Positions 36,969-49,830 are shown, counted from the first letter of the whole stretch. The stretch is 63,887 nt of DNA, filler included, from Octopus bimaculoides (GCF_001194135.2; 8 parts of 6 records of this genome joined end to end with filler, not necessarily neighbours in it); one strand, 5' to 3'. Numbers and translations are program-made. Notes: generated from the letters alone by a model not told the origin.

Positions 36969-37357
36969 GTGGAGGCGCAATGGCCCAGTGGTTTGGGCCG
37001 CGTACTCGCGACCGTAGGATCGCAGTTTCGATTCCCAGACTGGGCGTTGTGAGTGTTTATTGAGCGAAAACACCTAAAGTTCCACGAGGCTCTGGGAGGA
37101 GATGGTGGTGAACCCTGCTGTACTCTTTCACCACAACTTTCTCTCACTCTGACTTCCTGTTTCTGTTGTACCTGTATTTCAAAGGGTCAGCCTTGTCACA
37201 CTGTGTCACGCTGAATATCCCCGAGAACTACGTTAAGGGTACACGTGTCTGTGGAGTGCTCAGCCACTTGCACGTTAATTTCACGAGCAGGCTGTTCCGT
37301 TGATCGGATCAACTGGAACCCTCGTCGATGTAACCGATGGAGTGCCAACCATATACC
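36969..37357 (+). mobile_element. Full-length tRNA-derived SINE with tail B1 and a 14-bp target-site duplication
   Basis: Head ggaggcgcaatggcccagtggtt..tttcgattccc; non-CORE middle; tail B1; identical flanks aatcaccagaaaca at 36955-36968 and 37358-37371. Confidence 0.92.
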
Positions 37358-37749
37358 AATCACCAGAAACAAACTGTTATACTAGTCGAGTATTCTATCA
37401 AATACAGTCAAGTACCACTCTTACTAACGAAGTTTATAACGATAGCAAGTCCCAAAACAATGAACAGTGACAAGCTTTATAACAACAGCTAAGATTTCAA
37501 ATATAAACGATATCAAAGATTTTCGTGCAAAGAATCTACGACAGAAAAAGGGAACAGTATATCTTCCAGAGGCAGGGCTTCCGAGATAAATTCAACAAAG
37601 CAAGACAAGCCTGCTTTCGGGTCCTAGGTGTGGGATGTTCCCTTCAAATTCAAAGCAGCTGTGAGATTATTTTGTGGGAGGTGCTCAGTTGAAAGTCACA
37701 GGTCATTCCTTACTTCGCCGGGTTTCGGTTGATCTCTTATACAGGTCTT

Positions 37750-37820
37750 GCCTACGGGACTCGAACCACGTATCTGGCATGGATGGCCGGCGATCGCATT
37801 ACCAATTACACGAAAGTGCC
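37750..37820 (-). pseudogene. tRNA-like (Gly-GCC-like) SINE head or tRNA pseudogene
   Basis: Reverse complement ggcactttcgtgtaattggtaatgcgatcgccggccatccatgccagatacgtggttcgagtcccgtaggc has A- and B-boxes and D/T arms, but the acceptor and anticodon stems do not pair. Confidence 0.55.
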
Positions 37821-38331
37821 TATTGCTTTGATTCTGACTACTTAGTTTTCTTGTGAGTATTGTTATTAGGTATGTGCAGTGAGTTTAATCAATATGGTGG
37901 TATTTATAAGTGAGAAGCCATAAGTCATCTGTAACAACCATGTTTATCTCTAATCTCTTCGTACCGTATAATGTCCTAGATACACACCACAAACGGAATT
38001 GTCACGGCTGGAATATCTTTGATCGTAGCTCTGCTCGAACGTAGCTGACATAGAACTATGATTAACCAACAACAATAACAGAAAAAAAGCAACTAACATA
38101 TTTTGAAAGCCTTACTTCTCTAACATTGTAAACATAGTTAATCTAGGACTCTGTCTAAAACATACGTGATTTATCTTTCATATAGTTTAAACTCTTTCGT
38201 CCTCTTACTTCTACTTTCTCACTCTCACTCTCTCTTCGTTCCCTCCTTCTAACAACCTTCTTTTTCTACTCACTCCCCCTCTTTCTCTCTCTCCCCCTCT
38301 CTCTCTCTCTCTCTCTCTCTCNNNNNNNNNN

Positions 38332-38374
<43 letters not shown>

Positions 38375-39001
38375 CATTTAAGCTTACCACATGGCTAATA
38401 TCTCTATACAGTCAACCTCTGTTCGTGCTTACAGATTATCTCTTTGAGTCAACGAGGATCTTCAAGATATAACAAAGAAATCTATCTAAAACCACATCAT
38501 CTCTTAAAAAATGGAAGGGCGATATCCAATAATACGAGCCTCGAAGCACACTACCTAAAAATGCAAAAACAAAAAAACAAGCCCACTGGTTGACCACGCC
38601 TTCAACATCGGCCATATCTGTTAAATAACGGTGGACTTTCATTTCTATTCTTCTAATCTTGCTTCACAAGTTACAGTCATTGGATAGTTGCCATGCTTGG
38701 GAACTGATTTCAAATGAATTTAGTTGATTATAACAGTGCCAGTACATTATCTCATACTTACTGATACATTTTTAATCGGTCTCGTAAGATGCGTAAATGG
38801 ACAATTGGGGCTTGGGATGAAGTGGGGTGACTCAGTCGAATATAAATACTACTGAGTATTCTCCATTCACTCGCTTTCATCGCAGGCTGATATAAACATC
38901 TCAATAATATATATGTGTGTGTATGTGTGTGTGTGTGTATGTGTGTGTGCACACGCGCATGCGTATGCGTAATGCCTGTAACAAGTAAGAGAGAACATAT
39001 G

Positions 39002-39922
39002 CGAGGAGGTACCCAAAAGTAACCAAAAATGTTCTCTGTGGGACGAGCCCATTCTAGTTTAGGCTTCTGCCGCAAGTCATTTCATGCAACCCTTAGGTAT
39101 CAGTCTGCCGACCAGCATCGTCGTGTGAGATCGTACTGCCACGTGGTGCGTCTTTGTTTTGCAGTGCTTCTCCCCTGTTCGACGATTTTTGCGAAGGCTG
39201 AAGCGAAGGAACAGCGTGCTTCTGTGAAATTGTTTTCTGCTGAGTCAAAAGGGCGACCGAAACAGTTGTCATGCTTCAAACAGCTTACAAGGACGCTGCC
39301 ATGAGCAATACACAAGTTTCCGAAGGGTTTTCACGCTTTAGGAATGGTCACTTGTCGCTTGAAGACCAAGCTTGTTCAGGGCAATCGTCGACCCTTCCTC
39401 CCACCCCAAGAACGAATGAAAACACCATGAAAATTCATGAACTGATTTTGGAGGACTATCGCCGAACGATTAACGAACTTGTTGATATGAATGGTCTGTG
39501 CTGGATCTTCTACCAGCGAATTTTGAGCGAGGAATTCCGAATGGAAAGATTTGTAACAAAATTTGTGCCTCGCTTGCTCACGGAAGATGAAAAGCAGTTA
39601 TAACCGAATGCGTGTCGTGAACTGAAAGAACAAATGGAAATTGATCTTGCTCCCTGCGACTTTTTTTTTTCCCCCCGAATGAAAAAAGTCCTTAAAGCAA
39701 AACGTCTTGCAGATGCAGAAGAGGCGAGGAAAAGAACGACTGAGGCGTTAAAAGGAATGAATTCCTAAGAGTTCTGGAACAGCTTCGAACAGTGGAAAAC
39801 GAGACTGGACCGATGCATTGCCTCAAATGGATGATATTTTGAAGGCGATAAAAGTGCAAACATGTCAAACTAAGTGAATAAAATAATATTGCAAAATTCC
39901 GGTTTCTTCTGGTTACCCCTAT
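39002..39922 (+). mobile_element. Tc1/mariner (mariner D,D34D type) element, internally deleted, non-functional transposase
   Basis: EQRASVK..MLQTAYKDAAMSNTQVSEGFSRFRNG..FVPRLLTED, joined in frame to DLAPCDFF..RMKKVLK..WKTRLDRCIASNG*YFEGD. TIRs cgaggaggtacccaaaagtaacc / ggtttcttctggttacccct. Confidence 0.93.
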
Positions 39923-39970
39923 ATATATATATGTGTGTGTATATGTGTGTGTGCGTGCGTGTATGTGTGT

Positions 39971-40160
39971 GGACGCAAGAGTGGCTGTATGGTAAGAAGT
40001 TTGCTTCCCAATCACATGATTTCTGTCTACCAACTCCACTCACAAGGCTTTGGTCGGCCCGTGACTATAGTAGAAGACACTTGCCCAACGTGCCACATAG
40101 TGGGACTGAACCCGGAGCCATGTGGTTGGGAAGTAAGCTTCTTACCACACATCCACGCCT
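39971..40160. mobile_element. SINE C head fragment (+) abutting a minus-strand SINE C
   Basis: 39981-40018 matches the reverse complement of 40119-40156 at 33/38. Confidence 0.85.
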
Positions 40161-40950
40161 AGGCCTATATATATAATTTTTGCGAGTAATTCTTAACAAT
40201 TTCAATCAAATAGAATGAAGAGAGACAAAAAGAATGAATGACAGTCGATGAAGAGAAAACACCAGATAAATGAGCAATAATNNNNNNNNNNNNNNNNNNN
40301 NNNNNNNNNNNNNNNNNNNNNNNNNNNNNNNNNNNNNNNNNNNNNNNNNNNNNNNNNNNNNNNNNNNNNNNNNNNNNNNNNNNNNNNNNNNNNNNNNNNN
40401 NNNNNNNNNNNNNNNNNNNNNNNNNNNNNNNNNNNNNNNNNNNNNNNNNNNNNNNNNNNNNNNNNNNNNNNNNNNNNNNNNNNNNNNNNNNNNNNNNNNN
40501 NNNNNNNNNNNNNNNNNNNNNNNNNNNNNNNNNNNNNNNNNNNNNNNNNNNNNNNNNNNNNNNNNNNNNNNNNNNNNNNNNNNNNNNNNNNNNNNNNNNN
40601 NNNNNNNNNNNNNNNNNNNNNNNNNNNNNNNNNNNNNNNNNNNNNNNNNNNNNNNNNNNNNNNNNNNNNNNNNNNNNNNNNNNNNNNNNNNNNNNNNNNN
40701 NNNNNNNNNNNNNNNNNNNNNNNNNNNNNNNNNNNNNNNNNNNNNNNNNNNNNNNNNNNNNNNNNNNNNNNNNNNNNNNNNNNNNNNNNNNNNNNNNNNN
40801 NNNNNNNNNNNNNNNNNNNNNNNNNNNNNNNNNNNNNNNNNNNNNNNNNNNNNNNNNNNNNNNNNNNNNNNNNNNNNNNNNNNNNNNNNNNNNNNNNNNN
40901 NNNNNNNNNNNNNNNNNNNNNNNNNNNNNNNNNNNNNNNNNNNNNNNNNN

Positions 40951-40985
<35 letters not shown>

Positions 40986-41165
40986 GCGCGCATACACACA
41001 CACGCACACAAATATTCATTCATGTTGAGACATGTATACACATACGTTTATACGCATAAGCACACGCAAACCGAATAACTGAGATATCGACATTAAACGG
41101 AGCATCATTTCTTCGTTTCTTCTGTCTCAAATATACATACATACATACATACATACATACATACA

Positions 41166-41194
<29 letters not shown>

Positions 41195-41196
<2 letters not shown>

Positions 41197-41330
41197 CACC
41201 TGATATAATGATTTGGGATACAGAAGAGAAACAGTGCACAGTTGTGGAAATTAGCTTCCCAGCGGATGTTAACATAAAGCTGAATATCGGTGAAAAAGAG
41301 AGCACCTATGCTGAACTATGTGGAAATCTG
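41195..41330 (+). pseudogene. R4/Dong-type non-LTR retrotransposon, restriction-like endonuclease (RLE) fragment
   Basis: PDIMIWDTEEKQCTVVEISFPADVNIKLNIGEKESTYAEL matches the PD..(D/E) RLE pattern. Confidence 0.75.
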
Positions 41331-42214
41331 TGGGTGTGTTTATTTGTGGCGTTACCATCTAACTTCTCCTACATCGTTTTATCGATTTGGATGAAACTTG
41401 ACACGTGTGTAGAACTCATGTCTGGAAAACTAGTGACATATTTAGATTGTTGAAAAAAAAATCGATAATAGGGCTCCTGGAAGGGATTCTTATATCTACT
41501 ACTTATAACTAATACAGTATTTTTAAATATCCAAGAGAAATAACCCTTTCGCTCCTGAAAGGAATCCTTATATATAGCCAAGGGAAATAACCCATTCATG
41601 TTCATAAATTATTTCGTATAAATCAAATTCAGTAGCTTATTTCTTAGTATTTGAACTAATTTGAGTTATTTTCGCAATTTATCCAGTACAACGCTTAAAC
41701 AAGTAGATAGTATTTTCCTAAACAATATATTCACTTATTTTGGTTAGTGACTTATTCACGAATATACCAACACTAGCGCCACTGAGGGTAATATTCTCTG
41801 CGAACGCATAAAAGCTTTTGTCAGAGTTACTATCTCATATCTGATTAGTCTGTTATTACGTAACGAGCTTCACAATTTTAGTATACATACCTTATTAGTA
41901 ATTCTTCCTAAGTTCTACATACTCTAATAACGTACTAAAGCCTTTTTCGGGGGTACTCTATTTGAATTCTTACTATCGGGTAATTAATTGCATGCTATTA
42001 CATAAGTAACTTCACAATTTGGGTATTCATAACTTATTGGGAATTCCTAAAACAAGATCCTGTGTAAGACGGTTCGGCATTCTCAATAAATGCACAAAAC
42101 CCGTTTTAAAGGCTACATACTTTGTATTGTTGTTACTGGAATAGCGAAACAATTATGAGAAAGGAACCAAGGGATAAGCCCCGTTTCCCGGGAGTTACCG
42201 GGTACGTCAGCTAG
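41327..42214 (+). mobile_element. Non-autonomous Helitron-like element
   Basis: 3' hairpin cccgggagttaccggg (42187-42202), CTAG 9 nt downstream (42211-42214) followed by T. Candidate 5' A|TC at 41327. No TIR or TSD. Internal ~142-bp-period subrepeat. Confidence 0.7.
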
Positions 42215-42252
<38 letters not shown>

Positions 42253-42406
42253 AATTTCATATGTATATATATGTGTGCGTGTGTATATTTATAATTTATA
42301 TATATTNNNNNNNNNNNNNNNNNNNNNNNNNNNNNNNNNNNNNNNNNNNNTTAATTAATTAANNNNNNNNNNNNNNNNNNNNNNNNNNNNNNNNNNNNNN
42401 NNNNNN

Positions 42407-42437
<31 letters not shown>

Positions 42438-43737
42438 GCGCATTTGCTTCAAAGCAAGGTGATTACTTCCTGAAGTGTTATAGTTGCTGGGTGTATAACT
42501 AAGAGTAAGAGAGTGAGAGAGAGAGAGAGAGAGAGAGGGAGGGAGAGAAAGAGGATGGAAAGAAAGACGGTATGATTGGTGTTGCTAATCTTAATGAAAT
42601 CTCCATCAAATCACACCCTACCGTCTTAAAAATAAACGTATATGGAGGATAAAGTAGTTGTAGACATATATTATATCTTAAACAGAAACAGAAAAGTCTC
42701 GGTTGTAACGCTTTTCGTGTGTACCGGGTTAATCCCACTTCACCAACGAGCAAATGATGTCACTTTCAAATGATGACTAGTCATGCTAAATATAGCAGTT
42801 TAATCATCCTCAGATTAAAGGAAGGATACTCTGAATAATGTAGTTGCAGCAGATGTGCAATGCACGAAAGAAAGACCTGACATTTACAACTTAAGCACCT
42901 TTGATTCTAGGTCAGTTCGAAGATGCCTCACCTTAGGCTAAACAACAGCAGCAGCAGCAGCAGCAGCGGCAGCGGCAGCACGGTTCCTCTGCCGTGCAAC
43001 ATCTCACCCAGCAACGGTTAACCTGTTACAACCAGAAATTAATAATGCAAGTCCAACAACAAAGATTTCTATGAGTAACATCTATCGCTAGGTTCCTAAA
43101 GGCAAAAAACCATAGCAAAACTCCAACAGAGCTGCAAGAGTTTGTGTACCATTCCCATTCATTGTTGACACATACAAAACAAACCGATTCTACGGTTTTA
43201 ATTAGATAATAATGTTATCTCCAATATTTCAACATTTTTGGTTATTTTTATTTCTAATTTCACCTGTTACCAGCTGAGATAAACACATTTTAAAATTTTC
43301 CAATATTTCTTTTTTTTATCTTTCCAACACTGTCAAACATTAGGATAAAACAACAACACAAAGCAACGACATAGAAATGTTTATTTACATTGTAAATTCA
43401 TCACTGCAGCATTTCAGCTTAACCCTCACAGTTTCACTATTTAGCTGTTAACATTAATATAATTTACTTCAACAACTACATCCCGCTAATAATAACTTAA
43501 TATATCTACCTGCAGTGTTAATCGGTGTAGGCACGGTTAAGTCGTTATATTCGCTTCATAACAACGTGATTCCGGGTTCAAAGCCGTTGAGTGACATCTT
43601 GAGCAGCTTTTTTCTAATGGAGTCTTTGGAAAACCAATAACTAGAAAGTGGACTTTATATACAGCAATTGCTGTATTATACTTTTAGAACCACAGTATCC
43701 TTTTTGGGAGAACTGTTTTTCAATTATAAGTTAATAT

Positions 43738-43933
43738 TGATTTCAAATTTTGGCACAAGACCAGCAGTCGATTACATTACCCCCAGTGTTCCGTTGGTAC
43801 TTATTTCATTGATCCCAAAAGGATGAAAGCCAAAGCCTGTCTCGGAGGAATTTGAACTCAGAATATAAAAACGGACCAAATGCTGCTATACATTTTACCC
43901 GGCGTGATAACGATTCTGTCAGCTGGCCGCCTA
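43738..43933 (-). mobile_element. SINE family A, diverged
   Basis: ttttggcacaagaccagcagtcgattacattacc..aaggatgaaagcc..gaatttgaactcag..ccggcgtgataacgattctg. Confidence 0.8.
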
Positions 43934-44401
43934 TTATAAGTCTATATTAATTCCTTAATTTGATGTTGTTGCTTCTACTAATAGACTTATGTTGGCGCAA
44001 TGGACATGATGCGTAATTTGCTCCTGCCAATTACTACTGAATCCTAGGCAGCATTTATGTTGACATCGCCAGAATGAATGGTAGTGCCTAGGTGTCGAAA
44101 ACATAGTGATATCCGTTTGGCAGCTGATGATTGGAATACTTCGTTCAGCTTGCAAAACGTATACATATAAAAACGCATACGTAAAATTACATGTATATCT
44201 ACATAAATACAAACATACATACAAATACACTTACATATAGACACACCAACATACAAATGAATATGTACGCAAATACATGCCTACACATATGTATATATAA
44301 ATACACATATACATACACGTATATACATGTATACACACCCACACACACACACACACACATATTTACATATACACATATATATTAAGGTATTACCTTAATA
44401 A

Positions 44402-44577
44402 CGTTGATTTTTAGATATCAACTTAGATTTGCAATTAGATAAATTTAAATCCTACCGTAAGCCCAATGAAAAGCTATGTTATATTAGCAAAGAATCTAAT
44501 CATCCAACTGTAATTCTTAAGAACCCAGTTAGTAGCGTAGGAAGGCGAATATCATCAATCTCTTCAAATGAGACAGC
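44402..44577 (+). pseudogene. Penelope-like element RT C-terminal fragment
   Basis: FLDINLDLQLDKFKSYRKPNEKLCYISKESNHPTVILKNPVSSVGRRISSISSNE matches the PLE FLD..YRKP..Y...SNHP motif. Truncated by (TA)n and a gap. Confidence 0.8.
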
Positions 44578-46214
44578 ATATATATATATATATANNNNNN
44601 NNNNNNNNNNNNNNNNNNNNNNNNNNNNNNNNNNNNNNNNNNNNNNNNNNNNNNNNNNNNNNNNNNNNNNNNNNNNNNNNNNNNNNNNNNNNNNNNNNNN
44701 NNNNNNNNNNNNNNNNNNNNNNNNNNNNNNNNNNNNNNNNNNNNNNNNNNNNNNNNNNNNNNNNNNNNNNNNNNNNNNNNNNNNNNNNNNNNNNNNNNNN
44801 NNNNNNNNNNNNNNNNNNNNNNNNNNNNNNNNNNNNNNNNNNNNNNNNNNNNNNNNNNNNNNNNNNNNNNNNNNNNNNNNNNNNNNNNNNNNNNNNNNNN
44901 NNNNNNNNNNNNNNNNNNNNNNNNNNNNNNNNNNNNNNNNNNNNNNNNNNNNNNNNNNNNNNNNNNNNNNNNNNNNNNNNNNNNNNNNNNNNNNNNNNNN
45001 NNNNNNNNNGCACGCGCGAGCGCGCGTGTATGTATGTGTGTGTATGCTTGTGTGTTTGTCATAGTTTTAGCAGCAGTGTGGCCTTCCCCTTAGCCCCAAC
45101 TTCTCACCCCATTGTGCTGCTGCTGTCCTAAGACTCGAAAAAAAAAAAAAGAAAGGATACACATCTTAGAAGAACAGAAAGGAGTAAATGGAGCAAGAAA
45201 ATACACGAAAATGAAAAGTGTCGCTGAAGCGGTTACAGATGTGCGACAAAAGATTTCCGGACAATGGACATGAGTTAAAATAATAAAATAAGAACAGTAA
45301 TAAACGAGTGAAGAAAAAATATATAGTGCGTGTGTTTGGCAAAAAAAGAAGAAAAAAAAAGAATGACCATACCGAAATACAACAATATCTGTTTCAACAC
45401 ACGATTTCACGTCAGGGAATCCTGCAAAACGAATTGATAATTGATAAACGTATATATACATGTACATACATACATACATACATACATACATACATACATA
45501 NNNNNNNNNNATTAAGATACACACACACAGGCGCACACTCACAGGCAAACATACACACACTCACTTGTGTGAATGTATGTGCGCGTGTGTGAGTCTATGT
45601 GTGTGTGGTTGTATTTGTGCGTGGTAGTATAAAAATATGCAGGCTTGTGTTTGAGCGAGTAGTAAAACCACTTGGAACAAAAACTAGAAGTTTCCATAAT
45701 AATTGTCATTGAGTCACGTGGGTGTCTTTTTAATGGAAAAGTTCAAAATTTGTACTCTGAAATAAAAGCTGCGATTGTCATCTCACTTGTTGCTTGTTAG
45801 TGGATAGTTAACAAGCCATATGTACAGAAATGCACTTGCATCGCAGAAGCACCATAATGTTATGATGAACAGACACCATATTGTCTTGTTTATTTTGTCT
45901 CTTAAGAATTATCTCAAAGCTCAAATGCGAATGATGGTTAACAGTGATTGAATGAGTAAAGACTCTTGAGACAGTTTTACCTGTCAACATGAAGCAACCA
46001 TCATTATCGTTTATCTGTGTGTATATAACTCCGTATGTATGTATGTATGTATCTGTGTTTGTATGATTGGGCATAGAAGAATATATTAATCAATGAAATT
46101 CCAACATTATTCACGACTTTTACAATTTCAAAATATTCTAATAATAGAATATCATATATTTATATATTGTGGTAAAACTAGCACTGTCATGCGTTACGCA
46201 ATCATCAGGCTTAT

Positions 46215-46253
<39 letters not shown>

Positions 46254-46345
46254 ACAGTCGTGTTCAACAGTTGACAAATGTAGTGAAATGATTAAGCCTG
46301 TCCTTTAGATATCTTCCGATAAACTCCAGCAGGCTGAATCTTAAG

Positions 46346-46473
46346 AATTGTATTTTGACCAATTAGTATGTGGCTCAGATGTCAAGGTTTGGTGAGCGCG
46401 CCAAGTAAGTTCGAACTGTATTTGATCAATCAGTATGTGACTTAGATGTCACGGTTTGGTGACTGTGCCAACT
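46346..46473. repeat. Diverged tandem duplication, period about 68 bp
   Basis: aattgtattttgaccaattagtatgtggctcagatgtcaaggtttggtga versus aactgtatttgatcaatcagtatgtgacttagatgtcacggtttggtga. Confidence 0.8.
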
Positions 46474-46967
46474 TGGTTAGCATTTATCACGCCTTTTCAA
46501 CGAAATAGGTTGGCCAATTGGCTAAAATATACAAGTATATATACAGTGTATTGTTCGCTTGGATAGAGTTATGAAAACAGTACTCAATCTAACGAGATAT
46601 AAATATCCTTTAATTAAAGCAAAAGTTATACATAATCTACTTCAAGCTCATGTTCTGATAATGCAGTAATCGGATGGGCTTGTATAGCGTATTATATAAG
46701 GTCCTGCAATGAGTCTCAAATAAAATGGTTATTCCAGTGAAAAAGAAAAATAAGTTATGCGAAAAAAACTTTTTCTTCTTGCATTTCCTCACGGAGTAGC
46801 CATGTCATCCGAATCCGAGCGATTGCCGGATCGTATACGGGAGGTTTAACAAGGCCGTCCGATTACTGCACAACCCGAACATGAAACTTGAGATAACTCA
46901 CATGTAACTTCTGTATTCATTAAACGATACGAACCATACATGCACAGTGTATTGCAAGATATACATA

Positions 46968-47005
<38 letters not shown>

Positions 47006-47897
47006 ATACATGTGTGTGCGCACATGCGTATATGTATGTGTGTGTTTATAGCAGTGTAAAACAGTGCGTCAGTTTGCGTCTTTTTATATGAAAGATCGAC
47101 AAAGTACTGACCAGACTCTAATGAGTACAGTGTTTGTTTGATATAATCAAATATAGGCGACACTCTAAACGATTGAAACCACTGTAAGAATGGAGACTAA
47201 CTATTTATCTACGATTTAAATTTAATCCTTCGACACCTAGTTAGGCTTCACAGTATAAATTAACAGCATATAATTATTTCAAATACAAATCTTGTAAATA
47301 ATTAGTGAACACGTCTGAAAGTCACATCACACTTCCTAACCGTATCGTGGTAATATGAAATATGGCCGTATTTGTTTTGGGACTCCACTAAGTGTACTTC
47401 TTGGCCGTCACTAGCCTTGCTAGAAGAAGCAGTGAAATTCTTCCCTGAAATTGCACTTTCAAACAACAAAGGACGCATTAAACATGTAGTCCTACACATA
47501 CCTAAAAAACCAGGATGATCACGACTAGAATACATTCATAGCTTAATACAGAACCACTCATTAAACAATGTCATCCTAGATACACTATGCTAGAATAAAA
47601 GGAACAAGAGATGATCCTGGCTGAAATATCTTTGGTGATAGGTCGATCCAGATTGATCCAGGATTAAAGAACAACGTTACACAACAACTACATTTTATTT
47701 AAATCGCTGATACAGGGAAAGAGGTGGGGCGGGGGTGTAGGTGGGATTGCTCATCACCCATTGCAGGGACTCGGAGACAGGTGAGGTAGGAGTGAAGGCT
47801 GAATATATCTGCAAACCTGAAACCTGGCTCTCGAAACTTACAATACATTGGGACCCGCTAAAGGAACACAATGATCAGAGTAGGATTCTGTTATAAT

Positions 47898-47977
<80 letters not shown>

Positions 47978-48476
47978 GACAGCAGGAACAGGAGAATGAA
48001 TAGAAGGTAAAAAGAGTGGTGGTGGTGGTNNNNNNNNNNNNNNNNNNNNNNNNNNNNNNNNNNNNNNNNNNNNTTAATTAATTAANNNNNNNNNNNNNNN
48101 NNNNNNNNNNNNNNNNNNNNNNNNNNNNNATGTATCTATGGATGTATGTATCTATGGATGTAGGTGGGTATGCATGTATGTATCTATATCTGTAAATGCG
48201 TATATATATATGCATGTACGCACGTATGTATATGCATGTATGTATGTATGTGCAAATAGACTAATAACAGACGATAGGTAAATGTCAGCTCATTACAGCC
48301 GTTTCTTACGCATTTTTAAATAGAAGAACGAGTACATTACATCACTTCAAAAAACCGTAATCATCAGATGAAACACAATTTCAAGACAACAGAATATCTC
48401 AAGAACACAGTGGAAACATACCTGAAGCATATGTGTGATTTATGTGTCTACATACTTACATAAGTACATTCAAATA

Positions 48477-48690
48477 GGAGCACTCCGTCGGTTACGACGA
48501 TGAGGGTTCCAGCTGATCCGATCAACGGAACAGCCTGCTCGTTAAATTAACCTGCAAGCGGCTGAGCACTCCACAGACACGTGTACCCTTAACGTAGTTC
48601 TTAGGAAGATTCAGCATGACACAGAGTGGGACAAGACTGGCCATTTGAAATACAGGTACTACTCATTTTTGCCAGCCAGTGGACTGGACT
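48477..48690 (-). mobile_element. SINE family B (CORE 3' part + tail B1), 5'-truncated
   Basis: ggttccagctgatccgatcaacggaacagcctgctc..cccttaacgtagttc..ctcatttttgccagccagtggactgga. Confidence 0.88.
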
Positions 48691-48975
48691 ATAACCTCGG
48701 GCCTACCAAAGCCTTGTGGGTTGACTTGAAACACGGAAACTGAAAGAAACCCGTCGTATATGTGTATGTATCTTTGTGTTTTTATTCCCCACAACTGATT
48801 GACAACCGGCGTTAGTATATTTACGTCTCCGTAACGTAGCGGCTCGACAAAAAGGATCAGTAGAATAAGAACTAGATTATAAAACAAATAAACTGAGGTC
48901 AATTCGTTCGGTTAGATTTCTCCAAGGTGGTGCTCCAGCATGGCCATAGTCTAATGACTGAAACAAGTAAAAGGT
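48691..48975 (+). mobile_element. SINE family C/D, 5'-truncated
   Basis: cctcgggcctaccaaagccttgtggg..gaaactgaaagaaacccgtcg..ggtgctccagcatggcc..gactgaaacaagtaaaag. Confidence 0.8.
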
Positions 48976-49454
48976 GAAAAATGATTTATTTAAAAGTACG
49001 ACAATTAGAAATACAGGTTAAAAAGGAGAGAGCCACCTTAAGGAACCCCACAGACCTAGGGTTACACTGACTTATTTTTCGATTTACAAGCATATGATTA
49101 GAGTGGTCCCCTTCACTCGAGTAATGTTCACCTTTCTCATCTACACTTCAAAAAATTTACTAGGGAACAGCACCCCCCCCCTCAACCATCACCACCTATC
49201 TTTCCAAGTGGGACTCGAAACAATCAAAGAGGACTTAGGAATCAAAGGGGTGATGGGGTCCCTCCTCAATACCTCGTTTTTGCAAGTTGTATCAGCCACA
49301 CGACTCCTTTTGCCATAGTTACAAGCCAGAAGATAAACGGCTGCCCTTTCTGACCAAAAGAAGGTAGCGAACGGCTTTCACAATTTGGGTTCAGCTGATA
49401 GAGGAAGCGGCCCCAAAAATTATCTACAGCTGTTCAACGATAGCAAGACTTCAC

Positions 49455-49830
49455 GAGAGAGAGAAGGAAGGAAGGAAGGAAGGAAGGAAGGAAGGACAGA
49501 CAGACAGACAGACAGACAGACATAGATAGAGATAGAGAGACAGAGGACAGACAGACAGACAGAGAGAGAGACAGACGACAGACAGACAGAGAGAGAGACA
49601 GACGATAGACAGACAGAGAGAGAGACAGACGACAGACAGATAGACAGAGAGAAAGACAGACAGACAGAGAGACAGAGAGAGAAAGACAGACAGACAGAGA
49701 GAGAAAGACAGACAGAGAGAGAGAAAGACAGACAGAGAGAGAGAAAGACAGACAGACAGAGAGAAAGACAGACATAGAGAGAGAAAGACAGACACAGATA
49801 GAGAGACAGACAGACAGGCAGACAGACATA
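49455..49830. repeat. Compound (GGAA)n / (GACA,GAGA)n microsatellite
   Basis: Direct reading. Confidence 0.95.

Noticed and set aside
38435-38630. Strong acceptor-like gtgcttacag followed by 52 open codons
   Set aside because: No homology, no good donor site; such sites are expected by chance in 60 kb.
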